Below, piece after piece: positions 25,556-28,129 of a stretch of DNA of 28,129 nt. How positions within the stretch are numbered: the stretch's first letter is position 1; every line of letters begins with the position of its first letter. Under the pieces are notes generated by a model. That model had not been told where the DNA came from. It searched no databases and saw nothing but the letters and a program-made list of their open reading frames with translations. This DNA is from Spirochaetaceae bacterium (GTDB taxonomy: Bacteria; Spirochaetota; Spirochaetia; DSM-2461). Position numbers and translations under genes: made by a program. The DNA is taken from the NCBI GenBank assembly GCA_003246505.1, contig QKAI01000268.1, forward strand, positions 1 to 28,129, read 5' to 3'.

Positions 25556-26912
25556 CGAATAACTCCTCGTCCGAGGGCTGTCTGTTCGCGATGGGAGAGG
25601 ACACCCAGGTCGTGTTGATCAGGTGCTTCCAGGTGATGTTCTCGCTGGAAATGTTCCCTCCCCAGGTCCCGCAGCCCAGGGTCAGGGTGGTGGGCATGCC
25701 GTTGGTCCAGGAACCGCTGTTGGCCAGGCAGTGGGGCTGGTTCACCATGACCCGGGACACCTTCACCTGTTCCGCCAGCTGGAGGATCCGCTCCCTCCTG
25801 GTGGTGTGGATGCCGCAGGAGTGGCCCGCCCCGGAATAGGCGGTGATTCTGTTGACCATCCGCACGGCCTCGTTGAAATCGCTCCATTTGTACAGGGCCA
25901 TGACCACGGAGAGCTTCTCCCCGCTGAAGAGGTAGCCCTCTCCCGCGCCGGTCTCCTCCACGAAGAAGAAGCTTTTCCCTTCGGGGAGAGCGATGCCGGC
26001 GATGCCCGCGATCTTCGGGGCCGGCTGGGCCACCACGTCCCGGTTGAGGGTATGCCCGTCGGGCCACAGGGCCTTCTCCAGCTTACCCTTCTCCTCGGCG
26101 CTGCAGAGGTAGCCCCCTTCCGCCTCCAGGGCCTTCACCAGATCCCCGTAGATGGTGTCCTGGGCCAGGCAGGAGTTCTCCGCGGAGCAGCTGGTGGCCA
26201 TGTCGAAGGTCTTGGACCGCTTGATTTTGTCGGCCACCACCTTCATGTCCTGGGTATCGTCCACGATGGTCACCGCGTTGCCCGCGCCCACCCCGTAGGC
26301 GGGGGTGCCGCTGGAGTAGGCCGTCTTCACAAGGCCGGCGCCGCCCGTGGCCAGGATCAGGTCGCACTTGGCCATGATCTCCTGGGAATTCTCCATGGTG
26401 ACCTGGTCCACGTGGATGATCAGGTCCTCCGGGTAGCCCAGCTTCTTCAGGACCCCTCTCATCTTGTTGACCACCATCTCGTTCGTTTTTACGGAGCGGG
26501 GATGGGGGGCCAGGATAATGGCGTTCCTGCCCTTGAGGGCGCTCATGGACTTGAGGACCGGGGTCGCCTCGTTGTTGGTGGTGGGGACCATGGCCCCGAT
26601 GACGCCCACCGGCTTGGCGATCTTGATCAGCCCCAGGGCGGGATCCTCTTCGATGATGCCGGCGGACTTCTTGCCCTTCATGTCGAACCATCCGGCCCTG
26701 ACCTTGTTCATCATCTTGCCGTGCTTGCTCTCGAAGCAGCCCATGCGGGACTCCTCCACGGCCATGGTCGCCAGTTCGGTGACGAAGGGCTCCTGAACGC
26801 ACACCCAGGCGATGGTCTGGCAGATCTCGTCCACCCTCTCCTGTGAGAGGAACTCTATCTCTTTCTGGGCCTTCCGGGCCCGGTCTATCAATCCGTTTAC
26901 GTAATCCGACAT
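25530..26912 (-). CDS. CoA-acylating aldehyde dehydrogenase (AdhE-N/EutE/SauS-like)
   Basis: KPVGVIG..VPTTN; KGRNAII.APHP; LATGG.GLVK.AYSSG.PAYGVGAGN; catalytic Cys in ATSCSAEN; GEKLS; GHSCGIH; TLGCGTWGGN. Confidence 0.92.
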   Translation of the reverse strand: MSDYVNGLIDRARKAQKEIEFLSQERVDEICQTIAWVCVQEPFVTELATMAVEESRMGCFESKHGKMMNKVRAGWFDMKGKKSAGIIEEDPALGLIKIAKPVGVIGAMVPTTNNEATPVLKSMSALKGRNAIILAPHPRSVKTNEMVVNKMRGVLKKLGYPEDLIIHVDQVTMENSQEIMAKCDLILATGGAGLVKTAYSSGTPAYGVGAGNAVTIVDDTQDMKVVADKIKRSKTFDMATSCSAENSCLAQDTIYGDLVKALEAEGGYLCSAEEKGKLEKALWPDGHTLNRDVVAQPAPKIAGIAGIALPEGKSFFFVEETGAGEGYLFSGEKLSVVMALYKWSDFNEAVRMVNRITAYSGAGHSCGIHTTRRERILQLAEQVKVSRVMVNQPHCLANSGSWTNGMPTTLTLGCGTWGGNISSENITWKHLINTTWVSSPIANRQPSDEELFDEHVRKGN

Positions 26913-26933
26913 TTTTCCTATCCTTTCTCTATC

Positions 26934-28013
26934 TTACTTCTTATCCGGGTTGGGCAGCATGAAATCTTTGATGATCCCCAGAAGCTCATGGTAGCCGTCG
27001 ATGAATCCCCTGAGGGTCCGGGCGGTGGCGCCGTAAAAATCGAATTCCTCGGGCTTCATCGTGTAGGCCCCGTAGGCCCTGTTGAAATCGGGGAACTTAT
27101 CCTGCAGCTCCTTGAGAACGGCCGGATCGACGGGCCTGTCTATGGTCACTTCCACGGGAACGTCGCTGCCGTTGAACTTCTTCTGCCAGTCGCAGGGTAT
27201 GGTCTGAACGATATCGTCCCCTATGATCTGGGACCAGTGGAGATGGTTTCTGTAGGCGGCGGAGAGAAGCCGGGTCCGGAAACCCTTTTCCTTATATATT
27301 TTGTAGGCGTTCTTGAAGGCGGCCACTCCGGCCCAGTCCAGGACGCCGGGGGTCGTCACGATGCCCTGCTTGCCCGCCACGACCTTGAGCCAGTCATCCA
27401 GACGTCCGACCATGATCGTGCAGACCGGGGTCATTTTTGAAACGTCCTTTCCTTCCGCCTCCCTTCTCTTCAGGCCCCGTTCCACCGCTTCCGCCACGGC
27501 CACAGCCTGGGGTACGGTGAAACAGACGGTGGCGTTGATGTTGACGCCCCGGTAGGTGGCTTCTTCGAAGGCTTTGATTCCCGCGGCGGTGGTGGGCATT
27601 TTGACCATCATGTTAGGGGCCAGGGTACTGAACTTGACCGCCTGCTCGGCCATGGCGCCGGCGTTGCGGTAGAGCTGGGCATTGGTCTGGATGGATATAC
27701 GGCCCTTGAGTCCCTTCTCCCTGTCAAAGACGGGTTTGAGGATTTCCGCTCCCTTGACGGCCATCTCTTCGATGAGCTTCCAGGCGACTTCCACTTCCCC
27801 CGCTTCGGGCATCTCCGCGATAATTTCCTTGATTCTGCCTTCCCAGAGGGGCATCTCCTTCTTAAGTACGTTGAGAACGATTACCGGATTGGTGGTGGCT
27901 CCCGTGGCGCCGTGGCCTATGGAATATTCCAGTTCCTCCACGGAACAGGAATCATTCCACACCTCCATATTGCATATGGAAACGGATTTCCTAATAGGAC
28001 TCATATCACCCAT
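26934..28013 (-). CDS. Transaldolase-family protein with a non-canonical active-site signature
   Basis: WNDS; GATTNP; Schiff-base Lys in MVKMPTT; INATVCF; MVGRLDDW; AAYRN; AAGGAG RBS. Confidence 0.88.
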   Translation of the reverse strand: MGDMSPIRKSVSICNMEVWNDSCSVEELEYSIGHGATGATTNPVIVLNVLKKEMPLWEGRIKEIIAEMPEAGEVEVAWKLIEEMAVKGAEILKPVFDREKGLKGRISIQTNAQLYRNAGAMAEQAVKFSTLAPNMMVKMPTTAAGIKAFEEATYRGVNINATVCFTVPQAVAVAEAVERGLKRREAEGKDVSKMTPVCTIMVGRLDDWLKVVAGKQGIVTTPGVLDWAGVAAFKNAYKIYKEKGFRTRLLSAAYRNHLHWSQIIGDDIVQTIPCDWQKKFNGSDVPVEVTIDRPVDPAVLKELQDKFPDFNRAYGAYTMKPEEFDFYGATARTLRGFIDGYHELLGIIKDFMLPNPDKK

Positions 28014-28057
28014 ATCTTATCTCCTTAATGATTATCACTGCTTGGACGGATTGTCTA

Positions 28058-28070
28058 ATTGTATGATAAT
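28058..28070. promoter_or_regulatory. FadR-type operator ATTGTATGATAAT upstream of the transaldolase operon
   Basis: Exact reverse complement of the site at the FadR gene's own promoter. Confidence 0.75.
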
Positions 28071-28113
28071 CTGTTATCAAGTATTTGTAAAGAGGAAATT
28101 TTGAAAAAATCAT

Positions 28114-28126
28114 ATTATCAGACAAT
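28114..28126. promoter_or_regulatory. FadR-type operator ATTATCAGACAAT, second copy
   Basis: Exact reverse complement of the iolB site ATTGTCTGATAAT. Confidence 0.75.
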
Positions 28127-28129
28127 ATA

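Noticed and set aside
23960-28013. Sulfoquinovose transaldolase (sulfo-TAL) pathway interpretation of the transaldolase + ALDH pair
   Set aside because: No sulfoquinovosidase, SQ isomerase or sulfonate exporter is in the window, the third gene is a carboxyltransferase, and the operon shares its operator with iol genes. Not fully excluded without the flanking sequence.

Overview
A GC-rich (roughly 60% by eye) bacterial window. The SBP signal peptides and lipoproteins suggest a free-living anaerobic spirochaete (Spirochaetaceae-like), but this is inference. There are three blocks. (1) 1-8.2 kb, envelope/accessory genes: two tandem beta-propeller repeat proteins, a fused ABC exporter, a membrane diguanylate cyclase, and a membrane-anchored 7TM-DISM/LuxR regulator followed by a lower-GC MACPF (perforin-like) lipoprotein. 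(2) 8.3-12.6 kb: a LacI-regulated CUT1 oligosaccharide importer whose repressor lacks the hinge helix and whose operators are TA-centred. (3) 12.7-28.1 kb: an inositol catabolic island with a FadR-type regulator, iolE, iolD, iolB, LacI, iolG and a CUT2 ABC importer. The window has no iolC, iolJ or iolA. Instead it has an operon for an atypical transaldolase, a CoA-acylating aldehyde dehydrogenase and an acyl-CoA carboxyltransferase. One 13-bp operator (ATTGT[C/A]TGATAA[T/A]) occurs five times, only in the promoter regions of the regulator, iolBDE, the importer and this operon. This points to a possibly undescribed lower inositol pathway: keto-deoxygluconate -> malonate semialdehyde -> malonyl-CoA -> acetyl-CoA + CO2. 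No rRNA, tRNA, CRISPR or transposase was seen. All family calls are by motif recognition; no database search was run.
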